Origin: a virus
Lineage: Duplodnaviria > Heunggongvirae > Uroviricota > Caudoviricetes
Length of the DNA stretch: 14,816 bases
IMG/VR virus record: IMGVR_UViG_2548876941_000006
Direction: 5' to 3' (one strand)
The position numbers and the translations under genes were made by a program. The notes beneath the pieces are model-generated. The model did no database searches. It saw only the letters and a program-made list of their open reading frames with translations, and had not been told where the DNA came from. Below are positions 14,749 through 14,816 of the stretch, piece by piece (positions within the stretch are counted from its first letter, which is position 1; the number at the start of each line of letters is the position of its first letter).

Positions 14749-14816
14749 TGTTGCCCCCATAAACAGACTTCACGCTCAATCTCACGGCGAGTCATCAGCC
14801 CTTTCCATTGCTTACC
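14745..14816 (-). CDS. 3' end of endolysin gene (probably a lysozyme-type R); 5' portion outside window
   Basis: Minus-strand frame is open from the window edge to a TGA at 14745-14747 that overlaps the Rz start. The C-terminal peptide is ...[23 protein letters not shown]. Position immediately upstream of Rz/Rz1 is where the endolysin sits in lambdoid lysis cassettes. Only 23 codons are visible. Confidence 0.5.
   Translation of the reverse strand, partial: GKQWKGLMTRREIEREVCLWGQQ

Noticed and set aside
1-14816. tRNA genes, CRISPR repeats, IS elements, integrase or att sites
   Set aside because: No direct-repeat/spacer periodicity, no cloverleaf-like conserved tRNA segments, and no transposase- or integrase-like ORFs were seen. 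The window is wholly occupied by the late operon.

Overview
The window is a near-complete late (lysis, packaging, head, tail) region of a lambdoid siphovirus or prophage, with every gene I can support on the minus strand. Reading in the direction of transcription (high to low coordinates): 3' end of an endolysin gene, Rz with embedded Rz1 spanins, an HNH endonuclease, a 147-bp intergenic region that is the expected cos location, terminase small and large subunits, a possible 46-codon hydrophobic ORF, HK97-type portal, prohead protease and major capsid protein, four head-tail joining/tail completion genes, a major tail protein with a C-terminal Ig-like domain, G/GT tail assembly chaperones with a -1 frameshift site, a low-GC inserted gene (moron) with its own terminator, the tape measure protein, and lambda-like tail tip genes M, L and K (K runs off the window edge). 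No tRNA, rRNA, CRISPR array, IS element or integrase was seen. The most interesting element is the moron between GT and the tape measure gene, which encodes a small two-helix membrane protein with a zinc ribbon. All homology statements come from reading the translations and recalling phage protein families; no database search was run. GC values are estimated by eye, not computed.
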